Origin: Octopus bimaculoides
Taxonomy: Eukaryota
Reading direction: 5' to 3'
DNA length: 64,000 bases
Assembly (NCBI RefSeq): GCF_001194135.2
Contig: NC_068982.1
Span: forward strand, 188,420,509-188,484,508
The position numbers and the translations under genes were made by a program. This document shows, piece by piece, positions 11,091-25,300 of this stretch. Positions within the stretch are counted from its first letter, which is position 1, and each line of letters begins with the position of its first letter. A model generated the notes under the pieces. That model searched no databases. It was not told where the DNA came from and was given only the letters and a program-made list of their open reading frames with translations.

Positions 11091-12504
11091 AATAACAAAA
11101 ATATTTTTAATAATCGATGAGAATCGCGCAAAACAGCAGGAATCCAAACGATAATGTATTTATTCATTCTTAATTCTTTCTGGCAGGTTCGAACGTGAAT
11201 CGCTGTTTGTTCGTCATTGGAAAACGTTTTCGTTCTTGAGACGATTTATATTTTCTCAACACACAGGATTCACCTGAATATTAAGAGGTTGTAGCATTAA
11301 GAAGCTCACTTTGCAACTGCTTGGCTTCGAGTTCAGTCCTAGCGCATGGTACCCTGGCCCTGGGCCATCAAAAACCTCCTAAATCGGATTAGTAGCTAGA
11401 AAATGAAAGAGGCCCATTGTATTTATATATATGTGTGTATATCTGTGGTTTCCTTCTCTACNNNNNNNNNNNNNNNNNNNNNNNNNNNNNNNNNNNNNNN
11501 NNNNNNNNNNNNNNNNNNNNNNNNNNNNNNNNNNNNNNNNNNNNNNNNNNNNNNNNNNNNNNNNNNNNNNNNNNNNNNNNNNNNNNNNNNNNNNNNNNNN
11601 NNNNNNNNNNNNNNNNNNNNNNNNNNNNNNNNNNNNNNNNNNNNNNNNNNNNNNNNNNNNNNNNNNNNNNNNNNNNNNNNNNNNNNNNNNNNNNNNNNNN
11701 NNNNNNNNNNNNNNNNNNNNNNNNNNNNNNNNNNNNNNNNNNNNNNNNNNNNNNNNNNNNNNNNNNNNNNNNNNNNNNNNNNNNNNNNNNNNNNNNNNNN
11801 NNNNNNNNNNNNNNNNNNNNNNNNNNNNNNNNNNNNNNNNNNNNNNNNNNNNNNNNNNNNNNNNNNNNNNNNNNNNNNNNNNNNNNNNNNNNNNNNNNNN
11901 NNNNNNNNNNNNNNNNNNNNNNNNNNNNNNNNNNNNNNNNNNNNNNNNNNNNNNNNNNNNNNNNNNNNNGATGCTTTGTGCAGCTCCCTGGCTGGTCAGC
12001 TCCTATCAAACTGTCCACTCCATGCCAGAATAGAAAACGGACATTAAAAGATGGTGATGATGATGCTCTGCAGCTGTTTCCACAGTTCAAGAACAATCAG
12101 CATCATCATCATCATCAATTAACATCCATTGTCCATGCTGGCATGGGTTGGACGGTTTGACCAGGGCTGGCAAGCTAGAAGGCTGCACCAGACTCCAATC
12201 TGATTTGGCATGGTTTCTACAGCTGGATGCTCTTCCTAACACCAACCACTCCAAGAGTGTAATGGGTGCTTATATGTGCCACCAGCACAGGTGCCATTTG
12301 CCTGACACCAATATCTGCCACAACTGCAATGTTATTTGGCTTTATGTGTCTTCTCAAGCACGACATAGTGCCAAAGGTCTTGGTCATTGCCTCCATGTGG
12401 CGAATCATTCTGTGATTAATTTGAATAAGATGACTAAACCATTTCATCAGAAACTAACACTGAAATATTTCAATTTAGTTCTTGATGAAATACTTTATTT
12501 ATCT

Positions 12505-12860
12505 CATTTGAGTTAGGGTCATGACCCTCTTTGGTCATGAAGGACCATGGGATTGCACCTAGAAAGTTACCCTCCGAGGCACAAGTCTGGGCAAGGTTGT
12601 TTATGCAAGACCAGCAGTCGCCCATGCATACCAGCCTCCTCTCTCCACACCACAAATGTTATCCAAGGCAAAGGCAAAGGGGCCGATACAGCTTGGCACC
12701 TGTAACGTCGCAACTCATTTCTACAGCTGAGTGAAGTGGAACAATGTGAAATAAAGTGTCTTGCTTGAGAACACAACACACAACTCAGTCCAGGAATCGA
12801 ACTCACTACCTCATGATTGTGAGCCCAATGCTGTAACCACTGAGCCATGGTACCTTCACT
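12505..12860 (-). mobile_element. SINE family G (tRNA head plus CORE-like TTGAGCAAGACACTTTATTTCAC...CACTCAGCTGTAGAAATGAGT domain plus unique tail)
   Basis: The minus strand reads A box TGGCTCAGTGG and B box GAGTTCGATTCC, followed by the conserved central domain. Confidence 0.75.
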
Positions 12861-12953
12861 CATTCATGTTAATTTATTTTGTATCAAGCTTCATCATCAT
12901 CATCATTTAACATCTGCATTCCATGCTGGCATGGGTTAGACAGTTTGACTGCT

Positions 12954-12995
<42 letters not shown>

Positions 12996-14752
12996 TAAAT
13001 GATAAGCACAGGCTTAACTGTGTGATAAGAAGCTTGCTTACCAACCACATTGTTCTGGGTTCAGTCCCACTGCATGGCACCTTGGGCAAGTGTCTTCTAC
13101 TAAAGCCTCGGGTTGACCAAAGCCTTCTGAGTGGATTTGGTAGACGGAAACTGAAAGAAGCCTGTCATATGTATATGTATGTATGTATGCATGCATGCTT
13201 GTATGTATGTATTTGGGTGTCTGTGTTTGTCCCCTCACTATTGCTTGATATCCAATGCTGGTGTGTTTCCGTCCCTGTAACTTAGCAGTTCAGCAAAAGG
13301 GCCCAATAGAATAAGTACTAGGCTTACAAAGAATAAGTCCTAGCATCGATTTGTTCGACTAAAAGGCGCTGCTCCAGTATGGCCGCAGTCAAATGACTGA
13401 AACAAGTAAAAGAATAATAATAATAATTATCAGCATAATGCTTATTATTATTATTATCATCATTATTATTATTATTATTATTATTTACAGAATCTTCAGT
13501 CATCACTGCTTCATTTAGCACAGAATGACAATAATGGTTTCAAATTTTAACACGAGGCTGCCAGCAACTTCAGTGGCGGCATAAATCAATTACATCAACC
13601 TCCAGTACATAACTGGTACTTATTTTATCGACCCCGAACGAATGAAAGGCAAAGGTGACCCCAGCAGAGTTTGAACTCACAGCATAAAGACAGATAAAAT
13701 GTCGCTAAGCATCTTGCCAGGTGCAGTAATGATTCTGCCAGCTTGATGCCCTTCTAGGTCCTAATGTCTATTTCTTCATTGCCCTCAAGGGGGCTAAACA
13801 TAGAGGGGACAGACAAAGAGATTAAGTTGATTAGAACCACCCCAGTGCATAACTGGTACTTATTTAATCGACTCTGAAAGGATAAATGGCAAAGTCAACC
13901 TTGGCGGAATTTGAACTCAGAACATAACGGCAGACGAAATACTGCTTAGTATTTCGTCCAGCGCACTAACGTTTCTGCCAGCTCACCGCCTTAAGTCCCC
14001 AATGTTGAGCAAGGGCTGCATCAAGCAGGGAATGCCCACATTAGCTTGATGATGATGATGATGATTATGATGGTGGAGGTCATTGCCAGTGATGCTGGAC
14101 TGGCTCTTGTGCAGGTGGCACGTAAAATACACCATTTTGAGCGTGGCCGTTGCCAGTACCGCCTTACTGGCCCTCTTGCTGGTGGCACGTAAAAGCACCC
14201 TCTACACTCTCGGAGTGGTTGGCGTTAGGAAGGGCATCCAGCTGTAGAAACTCTGCCGAATCAGATTGGAGCCTGGTGTAACCATCTGGTCCACTAGTCC
14301 TCAATTAAATCGTCCAACTCATGCTAGCATGGAAAGCGGACGTTAAACGATGATGATGATGATGATGATGAGTGTGGTTAACGATGACGTCGGTGACGAT
14401 TACAAACGCTTATGAAGAATTCAAACAATGTTGAGTCAGCGTGAGAGCAACAAACCTGTCTAGGAATCTAAAGGAGTTCTCTTTTGTGCCATGACAAAGA
14501 GAAGGACTAACAGCACCCCACAACATTTTTCAGGATCTGAGTAGATTTGAACCAAATATTTCACTGGTTTTCATTTATTATCATCTACAAGGTGCAGCCA
14601 TGGCTGTGTGGTGAGAAGCTTGCTTCCCAACCACATGGTTCCAGGTTCTCGTCCCACTGCATGGCACCTTGGGCAAGTGTCTTATACTACAGCCTCAGGC
14701 TGACCAAAGCCTTATTAGTGGATTTGGTAGACAGAAATGGAAAGAAGCCCAT

Positions 14753-14789
<37 letters not shown>

Positions 14790-14986
14790 TCTTTTACTTG
14801 TTTAAGTCATTTGACTGCGGCCATGCTGCAGCACTGCCTTTAGTCAGACATATCAACCCCAGGACTTATTTTTTGTAAGCACAGTACTTATTCTTTTTGC
14901 CGAACTGCTAATTGACAGGGACGTAAACACACCAACATTGGTTGTCAAGCAATGGTGGGGAGACAAAAACAGACACACAAACATAG

Positions 14987-15062
<76 letters not shown>

Positions 15063-15243
15063 CAGGCTTCTTTCAGTTTCCGTCTACCAAATCCACTCAC
15101 AAGGCTTTGGTCGGCTGAGAGGCTATAGTAGAAGACACTTGCCCAAGGCGCCACACAGTGAGACTGAACACAGAACCATGTGGTTGATAAGCAAACTTCT
15201 TACCACACAACCACTCCTGCACCTATATATATATATATATATT

Positions 15244-15274
<31 letters not shown>

Positions 15275-16485
15275 ATTCATTTGACTAAAATCCTTCAAGG
15301 AAGTGCTCCAGCATGGCCATGGTCTGATGACTGAAACAAACAAAAGATATTCTGTGCCCTAAGGACAAAGAATATAAAATTTCCCTTGGCAGTATTTGAA
15401 CTTAGAGACTACAGAGAGGAAACTAAACGCATTTAATTTGATAATCTGTATCAGCAGCCTCTACTGCTGTCAGAAACACACACACACACACACACACACA
15501 TGTGCGTGTACATACACACAAATGCAGAAAGGCTATTTACATAATTATTATTGACCAAGTGACCTGATCTGCTTTTAATTTCCTTGGCCTAGTAAATTAT
15601 TAAGAATGTAGGAAAGAGAATAATAGCATGTTGGATCAGCTTACCTCTCTATACAGGTATATCTACGTAATCTATCCATCCATATGGCTTCTCAACCCAC
15701 CTCTCTCTCTCTCTCACTCTGTCTCTCTTTCTCTCTCTCTCTCACACACGCACTTTCTCTCTCTATATGTGTGTGTTTGTTGGCATGGTTACAAACACAG
15801 GTATGGTTGTGTGGTAAGTAGCTTGCTTCCCAATCGTATGGTTCCAGGTTCTCATCCCACTGTGTGGCACCTTGGTCAAGTGTCTTCTACTATAGTCTCG
15901 GGCCAGCTAAAGCCTTATGAGTGGATTTAGTAGACAGAAACTGAAAGAAGCCCGTCATATATATATGTGCGTTTGTGTGTGTGTGTATGTGTTCCCTCCA
16001 CTGCTTGTCAGCCAGTGATGGTGTTTTTACATCCCCATGACTTAGCAGTTTGGCAAAACAGACTGACAGAATATGTACCAGGCTTTAAAAAAGTGTCGGG
16101 GTCGATTTGCTCAACTAAAAATTCTTCAAGGCAGTACCCCAGCATGACCACAGACTAATGGCTCAAAACAAATNNNNNNNNNNNNNNNNNNNNNNNNNNN
16201 NNNNNNNNNNNNNNNNNNNNNNNNNNNNNNNNNNNNNNNNNNNNNNNNNNNNNNNNNNNNNNNNNNNNNNNNNNNNNNNNNNNNNNNNNNNNNNNNNNNN
16301 NNNNNNNNNNNNNNNNNNNNNNNNNNNNNNNNNNNNNNNNNNNNNNNNNNNNNNNNNNNNNNNNNNNNNNNNNNNNNNNNNNNNNNNNNNNNNNNNNNNN
16401 NNNNNNNNNNNNNNNNNNNNNNNNNNNNNNNNNNNNNNNNNNCAAACGTTTTAATGCCCTCTATTGCGATTTTGTTCCATTTTTA

Positions 16486-16531
<46 letters not shown>

Positions 16532-16989
16532 AACACATATACATACATACATACACACAAACCTCTGTTTAGTTTATTTAGCTCTCTGCTATCTAATTTA
16601 TTATTTATTATTGGTTGAGTTAATGTTGATATTAATTACTGACATTTTTACTATTGCAAGTCAACACTAGTTTGCATCATCATCATCTTCATCATCATCA
16701 TCACATCCATTTTTCTCCAGTCTAACAATGGCTGGGCAGCCCTTCCCCAACTCCTTACACATTGTCCTTTATCTTCTGATACACACAATTACAGAGATAG
16801 CAGGCCAACTGTTGTCATTATCATCATCATCATCATCATCATTTAACATCTGCTTTTCCATACCTGCATAGGTCGGACTAAAGTTGTTGGGATAGATTCT
16901 CAACAGATGGATGCTCTCCCAGTCACCAACCATCACTTGTTTCCGAGTAATGTAATATTTCCCCACAACGGAGGGTTTGAAACAAGCAA

Positions 16990-17485
16990 CAGTATAAGTA
17001 GTTTGGAGAAGATAGAGGGGGGTGTTCCGTAAGAGTGTTTGCGGAGATGTTTAGCGATGGGGAAGACACGGCTATAGCAAGTGATGCTGAGGGAAATTGG
17101 AGTGGCTGGGAGGTGGGAAAGGTGAGGAGATGTAAAGTGGATGGAAGGGGCCTGACGCAGGAAGATGGTGGGGGCATAACTGTAAAGGACACGCCTGTAT
17201 GTGTTGATGGCCACAAGTTCCTTGATGCATCTTCTCAAGCACAGCATCCCCTGAAGTCTTGATCACTTGTCATCTCCTTTATGAGGCTCAACATCAAAAG
17301 ATTATTTCTCACCACTTTGTCCCTCATCTTCCTGCTGCCATGCAGCATTGCTGTTCGTATACAGGCATCGTACATCTTGCCTTTCACTATGAGGGAGAAG
17401 CTCTTTGTTACCAACCTGTTCTTATTCTAACAGCTCTGCTTTCAGAACTGCCTCCTCCTCTGCTAACTTCATTGCCTAAGTAATG
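16990..17485 (-). mobile_element. Degraded RTE-type LINE fragment (RT C-terminal region plus downstream pyrimidine-rich segment)
   Basis: Frameshifted RIRTGW...LYDACVRTAMLHGS-like sequence, as in the 50625-51960 copy. The G-rich segment resembles 3940-4330. Confidence 0.55.
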
Positions 17486-18865
17486 AAAGCTATCTGCTAC
17501 TTCTAAAGATCTTCCTGGACATTTGAGGAAGTTTATGTTTTGTACCTCCACATCTGCCACACACAATGACTACCTTCTCTATTAGTCATCAAGGGTTCCA
17601 GTTGATCCGATCAATGGAACAGCCTGCTCATGAAATTAACATGCAAGTGGCTGAGCACTCCACAGACATGTGTACCCTTAACGTAGTTCTCGGGGATATT
17701 CAACGTGACACAGAGTGTGACAAGGCTGGCCCCTTTGAATTACAGGTACAACAGAAACAGGAAGTAAGAGTGAGAGAAAGTTGTGGTGAAAGAGTACAGC
17801 AGGGTTCGTGGAACTTTGGAGCTTTGGGTGTTTTCGTTCANNNNNNNNNNNNNNNNNNNNNNNNNNNNNNNNNNNNNNNNNNNNNNNNNNNNNNNNNNNN
17901 NNNNNNNNNNNNNNNNNNNNNNNNNNNNNNNNNNNNNNNNNNNNNNNNNNNNNNNNNNNNNNNNNNNNNNNNNNNNNNNNNNNNNNNNNNNNNNNNNNNN
18001 NNNNNNNNNNNNNNNNNNNNNNNNNNNNNNNNNNNNNNNNNNNNNNNNNNNNNNNNNNNNNNNNNNNNNNNNNNNNNNNNNNNNNNNNNNNNNNNNNNNN
18101 NNNNNNNNNNNNNNNNNNNNNNNNNNNNNNNNNNNNNNNNNNNNNNNNNNNNNNNNNNNNNNNNNNNNNNNNNNNNNNNNNNNNNNNNNNNNNNNNNNNN
18201 NNNNNNNNNNNNNNNNNNNNNNNNNNNNNNNNNNNNNNNNNNNNNNNNNNNNNNNNNNNNNNNNNNNNNNNNNNNNNNNNNNNNNNNNNNNNNNNNNNNN
18301 NNNNNNNNNNNNNNNNNNNNNNNNNNNNNNNNNNNNNNNNNNNNNNNNNNNNNNNNNNNNNNNNNNNNNNNNNNNNNNNNNNNNNNNNNNNNNNNNNNNN
18401 NNNNNNNNNNNNNNNNNNNNNNNNNNNNNNNNNNNNNNNNNNNNNNNNNNNNNNNNNNNNNNNNNNNNNNNNNNNNNNNNNNNNNNNNNNNNNNNNNNNN
18501 NNNNNNNNNNNNNNNNNNNNNNNNNNNNNNNNNNNNNNNNNNNNATATATATGTGTATATATATACATATACATATATATATATATATCATCATCATCAT
18601 CATCATCATTGTTTAACGTCCGCTTTCCATGCTAGCATGGGTTGGACGATTTGACTGAGGACTGGTGGACCAGGAGGCGACACCAGGCTCCAATCTGCAT
18701 ATATTATGTCTGAGGAGAGTCACTCTCTTTTAGTGCCTTATTATTTAACACACTCACTGGTTCGATTTCCACTCATTTAGTTATTTTCTAAAATTTTTGT
18801 TGTGTCTTGCAATCTTTTCATTGATTATTGAAGAAGTTGCAAGACGCAACGAAAATTTTAGAAAA

Positions 18866-19220
18866 GAGTGGCTGTGTGGTAAGTAGCTTGCTTACCAACT
18901 ATATGGTTATGGGTTCAGTCCCACTGCATGGCACCTTGGGCAAGTGTCTTCTACTATAGCCTCGGACCGACCAAAGCCTTTTGAGTGGATTTGGTAGACG
19001 GAAACTGAAAATAAGCCCATCATATGTGTGTGTGTGTTTGTCCCCCCAACATTGCTTGACAACTGATGTTTGTGTGCTTACGTCCCTGTAACTTAGCGGT
19101 TTGGCAAAGAGGCCGATAGAATAAGTACTAGACTTACAAAGTATGGGGTCAATTTATTCGACTAAGGTAGTGCTCCAGCATGGCCACAGTCAAATGACTG
19201 AAACAAATAAAAGAATAAAA
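18866..19220 (+). mobile_element. SINE family A (tRNA-like head, CCTTGGGCAAGT CORE-like motif, internal (TA)n/(TG)n, 3' ...GCATGGCCGCAGTCAAATGACTGAAACAAG)
   Basis: One of the two most abundant families here. Other copies at about 7290-7680(-), 13008-13415(+), 14790-15222(-), 15795-16170(+), 28496-29068(-), 32264-32665(-), 36440-36790(-), 41325-41680(+), 50180-50490(+), 51990-52320(+), 52865-53295(+), 55515-55870(-), 58600-58870(-). Confidence 0.85.
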
Positions 19221-19361
19221 ATTAAGTGAATGCAAACTAAACTGGTGAGTGTGTTAAATTATAAGGCACTAAAAGAGAATGACTCTCCCCAGACCACAAC
19301 AGAATATGCTTCAATACACGAACTCACATAAAGAATCTTGAAAACCAAATCCATAAACGAA

Positions 19362-19409
<48 letters not shown>

Positions 19410-20391
19410 GAAATATAAAAGGAGCAACAATGCTGGAGAATCAGTATACACCATGTGGCAAAATTATGAAGTGAAAATATGTGGAAAACATATTACAAGG
19501 GGAAGAGAAATGCCTTCATTTCATATAGTTTTAATATCTTTTTATAAAAAAATTTAACATATTTTATGGATGGTAAAGATATTAAAACTATATGAAAGAT
19601 ATCACTACATTTTATGAGGCTTTTACCATCCATAGAATATGTATATTTAAATTTTTTTATGGAAAGATATTAAAACTATATGAAATGGAGGCATTTCGCT
19701 TCCCCTTGTTATATATATATATGTGTATATATATATATACACACACACATACAAGCATAAATCATCATCATTTAACATCTGTTTTGCATGATGGCATGGG
19801 TTGGAGTGTTTGACAGGAGCTGGTAGTGCCAGAGGCTGTACCAGGCTCCAATTCTCTGTTTTGGCTTGGTTTCTACAGTTGGATATTCTTCCTAATACCA
19901 ACCACTTCACAGAGTGTACTGAGTGACTTTTACATGGCACCAGTACAGGTATATATATATATATATATATTCGAGCGAGATCGTTGCCAGTGCCCCTGGA
20001 CTGGCTTGTGCGGGTGGCACATAAAAGACACCATTTCGAGCGTGGCCGTTTTCGTGCGGGTGACACGTAAAAGCACCCACNNNNNNNNNNNNNNNNNNNN
20101 NNNNNNNNNNNNNNNNNNNNNNNNNNNNNNNNNNNNNNNNNNNNNNNNNNNNNNNNNNNNNNNNNNNNNNNNNNNNNNNNNNNNNNNNNNNNNNNNNNNN
20201 NNNNNNNNNNNNNNNNNNNNNNNNNNNNNNNNNNNNNNNNNNNNNNNNNNNNNNNNNNNNNNNNNNNNNNNNNNNNNNNNNNNNNNNNNNNNNNNNNNNN
20301 NNNNNNNNNNNNNNNNNNNNNNNNNNNNNNNNNNNNNNNNNNNNNNNNNNNNNNNNNNNNNNNNNNNNNNNNNNNNNNNNNNNNNNNNNNN

Positions 20392-20423
<32 letters not shown>

Positions 20424-21111
20424 GGCAAATAAGAAAATGAAGAGGATACAAAATGACATCCATCATCCGATAGACAATTCCAGTGTGTCTATTTATTCCA
20501 AAGCATTAGAAAGTATTAGAAAAAAACATACACATGTAGTAAGTATGTGTTACACACACATGTATTAATATTACAGAAAAGAGCAAAAGATCAGTTCCTT
20601 ACGGCTGTTTCTGCCAAGAGGCAACAATATCCTCCATGCCATCTCCATCTCTTCAGTGTTCTGTAGGGATGGGCAGATACAGATTGGATGAATATTACAC
20701 ATTAAATATTCTGACTTTATCAATAGAATGTTACTGAATGTATGCTGTTCATTATCAATTTCGTTAACTATTTTCATTAAATTTCTGTAAATATTTTTTA
20801 TTAAAAAGTGATAATGTCACAAATGAATGAAGGACTTGTTTTTAATCAAAAAATCTTGAATTCAATTGTAATTTGTAAATTTTAATTTAGAAATTGACAT
20901 GATGGCTGGTTGTGTGGTAAGAAGCTTGCTTTCCAGCCACATGGTTCCTGGTTCAGTCCCACTGCATGGCACAGTGGGGTGCAAGTGTCTTCCACTATAG
21001 GCTGGGGCTGACCAAAACCTTGTGAGTGGATTTGGTAGACAGAAACAGAAAGGACCCATCATATGTGTGTGTGTGTGTCTTTGTTTATCACCAATCACTG
21101 CTTGACAACCA

Positions 21112-21880
21112 GGCTTTCTCCATGTCAACGAAAGCCAGGTACAGAGGTTTATCCTTGGCTAGGTATTTCTCCTGCAGCTGCCTTACCAGAAATATAGCAT
21201 CAGTGGTGCTTTTCCCAGGCATGAACCCAAACTGCATCTCATCTAGACTGACCCGGTCCCTAAACTCTCATCTAAACTGACCCTCTCTATGACCTTCATC
21301 ACATGATCCAGCAATTTGATATCCCTGTAGTTATTTCTATCTAAAGCATCATCTTTACCTTTGTAGCAGTTGACTATGGTGCTGCTACACCAGCCATTGT
21401 GTATGACTCCTTCGTGAACTACCTGATTTACGAGTGGAGGTGCAATGGCCCAGTGGCTAGGGCAGCGGACTCGCAGTCATAGGATCATGGTTTCAATTCC
21501 CAGACTAGGCATTGCAAGTGTTTATTGAGCGAAAACACCTAAAGCTCCACGAGGCTCCCGCAGGGGATGGTGGCGAACCCTGTTGTACTCTTTCACTCTT
21601 TCTTCCTGTTTCTGCTGTACCTGCATTTCAAAGGGGTCAGCCTTGTCACACTCTGTATCATGCTGAATCTCCCCAAGAACTACGTTAAGGGAACACGTGT
21701 CTGTGGAGTGCTCAGGCACTTGCACGTTAATATCCCGAGCAGGCTGTTCCGTTGATCGGATCAACTGGAACCCTCGACATCATAGCCAATAGAAGGCCAA
21801 TAGTAGTACCTGATTTACGATACGGGTGACTAGACCATAACACACACAACCAGATATGTTAAGCTGACTAGACCATTACG
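21112..21880 (-). mobile_element. RTE-clade LINE reverse-transcriptase fragment interrupted by a family-B SINE
   Basis: Minus strand 21250-21112 reads LDEMQFGFMPGKSTTDAIFLVRQLQEKYLAKDKPLYLAFVDMEKA; upstream NYRDIKLLDHVMKV-like RT motif. Confidence 0.88.
21434..21806 (+). mobile_element. Full-length SINE family B with 14-bp TSD (TACCTGATTTACGA at 21420-21433 and 21807-21820)
   Basis: Head GTGGAGGTGCAATGGCCCAGTGG (A box) ... GGTTTCAATTCC (B box); exact flanking direct repeat. Confidence 0.9.
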
Positions 21881-22272
21881 GTAAGGGTGTGTGAGTCTGC
21901 AGATTCTCAGCCACTTGCACATTAATTTCATGAACGGATGAACTTTGACCCTCGTCATCATAAATGGTAGAATGCCAGCTTCACCTTGAATGCATTTAGA
22001 TTTATGTATTCCTGAGTGTCTGTACACGTTTGCATACAAGTACACTTGTACAATAATCTTCTTCACCATCACCATCATCATCATCATTGTTGTCATCTGC
22101 GAAACATGTTCACCAAACTTGCATGACTATATCGATGAGGCAATTGTCTTTCTTGTAAGTCAGCTTAGCAAGAAAATCTGGTTTCATACACACAGACATA
22201 CACATATAGACATATACATACACACGTGGATATGTATATATCTACAAATGTATCTGTGTAATGTATGTTTAC

Positions 22273-22314
<42 letters not shown>

Positions 22315-25300
22315 CAATAACTAAACATATATATATATACTTATGTTTTATATATAATGTATATTATATACACATACAATTATATGCATGTGTATATATT
22401 ATATGCACATACATATTCATATTGTGTATATACTTATATATGTGCGTGCACATTTAATAATTTTTGATGATCAAAGTAATTACCATATTTATAGACCAAC
22501 TAATACAGCTTAAAAGCTTTGAAGTTGAAATCATCATCAACAGTAAACAGACAACTTCCTCTCCTACTCACTATGTGTGTGTATGGATGTAAGATAGATA
22601 GATAGACATAGATAGATAGATACATAGATAGATAGATAGACACACCATGACTCCTTCCATTGGCCAACTGCTGTCAGCTTCAAAGCTGTGGTGATAAAAG
22701 TTGTCTATTTTTTTTCCATGCCTCATTTGAACAAACATGCTAATATGTCACTAACCACACACACCTACACATTTAATGTACTACATGTGTACACATTACA
22801 GCTGGTCATTAACTCACTTGTGTTCATAAAACAGTGACAAACTGGTGTTGCAAGCTTTCTCATATGACAAGCTTTCTCAAAATGTATCTTGCAGTTTTGT
22901 GGTTCTCTTACAATATATCTACATTAAGCAAGATATACAGTATGCTATTCTGAACTAATACTGCTTTTGTCACTAATGATAATAATAATTGTATGTCTTA
23001 CAGAGGAGATGATAAGGGACTGAAACATCTGGCAGTTTGTTGTACTTGAGGAGACATATGAAGTTAAGTAAAACCGTGGTCACCCATGAACACAGGTATG
23101 TCTTCTACATCTGTCTCAGGCAAGAGATCCCAGTTTTGTGGGCTTGTGGATGTTGGTGCCCTGTAAATACACCCATGTCGGTGCTGCGTAACAGTTTTTG
23201 TGCCTGTGTCACATAAAAGTGCCCATGCTGGTGCCACGTTATAAGTACCCTGTACACTCTGTGAATTGGTTAGCATTTACTAGGGGTCTCCAGTTGTAGA
23301 AACCATACCAAATCAGAGAAATGGAACCTTTGAATGCTTTGACTGAAGAGGTTTAATAAAATTGAAATATGCCTGTTCCTTTCACCAGTTAGCTTTAAAG
23401 ACCAGATCCATTCCCATCTACATCGTCTTTATTTATTTATTTTATTTTTTTCAGTTTTTGGTTTATTTTCAAAACAAAAATTTAAAAAGGAAAACTTTTG
23501 TATCTTATAACAGTTATCTCCCTTTTTTATTGCTTTTAGATTTCGAATCCTTTATAGCAAGGATCATCGAAGTGATCGATATTGATCACTGGGAGTGGTT
23601 GTGTGACTATTCAAGGAGTTATTAAAAACTTGAAACGATCTTCAGCATTAAGGGTGCTGAATTATTAGCAGACTTAATGTAAGAGAGTGCAATAATTCAA
23701 AGCTAAACGCACTAATTTCGAACCAAATATCTCTGCAATAATAAATAGTATTCACCACAACATTTAATTCACGTTAAATATTCACTCAATCAATCATTGA
23801 ATCTTTGTATTTTCATTAAATTTCTTTAGATATAATTTTTGTTGATCATACGTTTTATTTCGGGGCTCGATAAGTTAGTTATCAACGATTCCGTGAAGGG
23901 GTCAATAATATAAGAAGTTTGCCGACCCCTCATCTAAAGTGAGTTCTTGAATATCAGTTACATAGATAATCTCCTTTAATCGAAATAGCTTTCCTATTTA
24001 TTATATTGTATAGATGGATATGTATTAAGTATATTAAGTGGCTCTCCAGAGGGATTTATCATCAGTTATATGATTAAGTCTGATTAATAATTATAATTGA
24101 CTACGTCATAGTGAGAATTAAAAATGTAAGAAGTTTTAGCTCTAAGCACAATGTACACACTATTTTACGTATTGAATACTTGGTTGGCCACATTTGTAAA
24201 CACACCAATATCCGCCAACTGCCTACATACATCCTTCCTAATATCTGGTGAGACAGACGTGTCCAACGCACCCACGAAACATTAAGTCATGTGAATTTGA
24301 CTCAAACTGTTACTATATATATATATATAACGTATGTATATGGATGAGTTAATCCAACTCAAGGTTACATAGGAAATCCTTTTCTGACCGAGTATAAGAA
24401 GCTGTGTTTGTTAAATCTGCCTAATCTCAGGTCTAAGCAGCCGCATCGCAATAATTCAACATCACAACTAACGCACTGTAAAGATAATACAGAACAAATT
24501 AGCGAGTGGAGCAGTTATTCTGATCGATGTTTAGATGTTATTTTCCCCAGACATGAAGAAGTCATCGACCTAACCAGAACTTTCCATTTAACATTAACAG
24601 AGCCGAGCCGAAGCATCAACATAGTCAAACTACGGGAAGAACGGGTAGCTAAAGTTAAACATCGTGTAGTATAGTATGATATATTTAATTCACTCTTTGG
24701 AGCAGATTAACGCCACGTCGACATAATTTGATTTTATATATATTGACAGATTATTTTATATCGTCGTAAACTATTTATTACTGCTTTTTTTCTCTTCGAA
24801 ATTTTGCCATTTTGTCCTTAATTCTCATTTGAGACGGATTTTGTCCTAAAATCAAGGATTACGAAACGAAACATCTGGATGTTCTGTTTCTTTTCTCGAC
24901 ACTTTACAAGTTTCCTGATAAACGGCGCATTTATTATAATTGGTAAGCATCGACATCACCAGGTTGAGCCACACTAACCAAGAAATAAGAGAGACTGGAG
25001 AGAAGCGGACTCGATAGTTTGACCAACCTTGGTAACATTCGGTTGCCTTTGGAGAGAGAGTGAGGAAAGACAAGAAGGAGGAAGTAATAGAGAGAGGGGA
25101 AAACGAGAGGATTTGAAGGAGAAAGAAGAAAACAACGTTATAGGGAGGGTGAGAGAGAAAGAGAGAGAGTTGTAAGGAGGGCGAGAGAGAAAGAGTAAGT
25201 CGGAGTGAAGGAGGGAGATATTTAAAGAGAGAGAAGAGTTGAGTGTCATTAAAAGAAAGGGTAGAAGGAAATAAGAAAGAAGAAAAAGGAAATCGACGAA

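Noticed and set aside
20430-20780. Unique sequence with splice-like signals on both strands as missing TYW5 exons or a C2orf69 neighbour
   Set aside because: No frame resembles TYW5 or C2orf69, and the plus-strand intron would be only 38 nt.
23540-23625. Acceptor-preceded segment (FESFIARIIEVIDIDHWEWLCDYSRSY*) as the TYW5 last exon
   Set aside because: It lacks the LWFHN and YGNKD motifs, and I recognise no homology.
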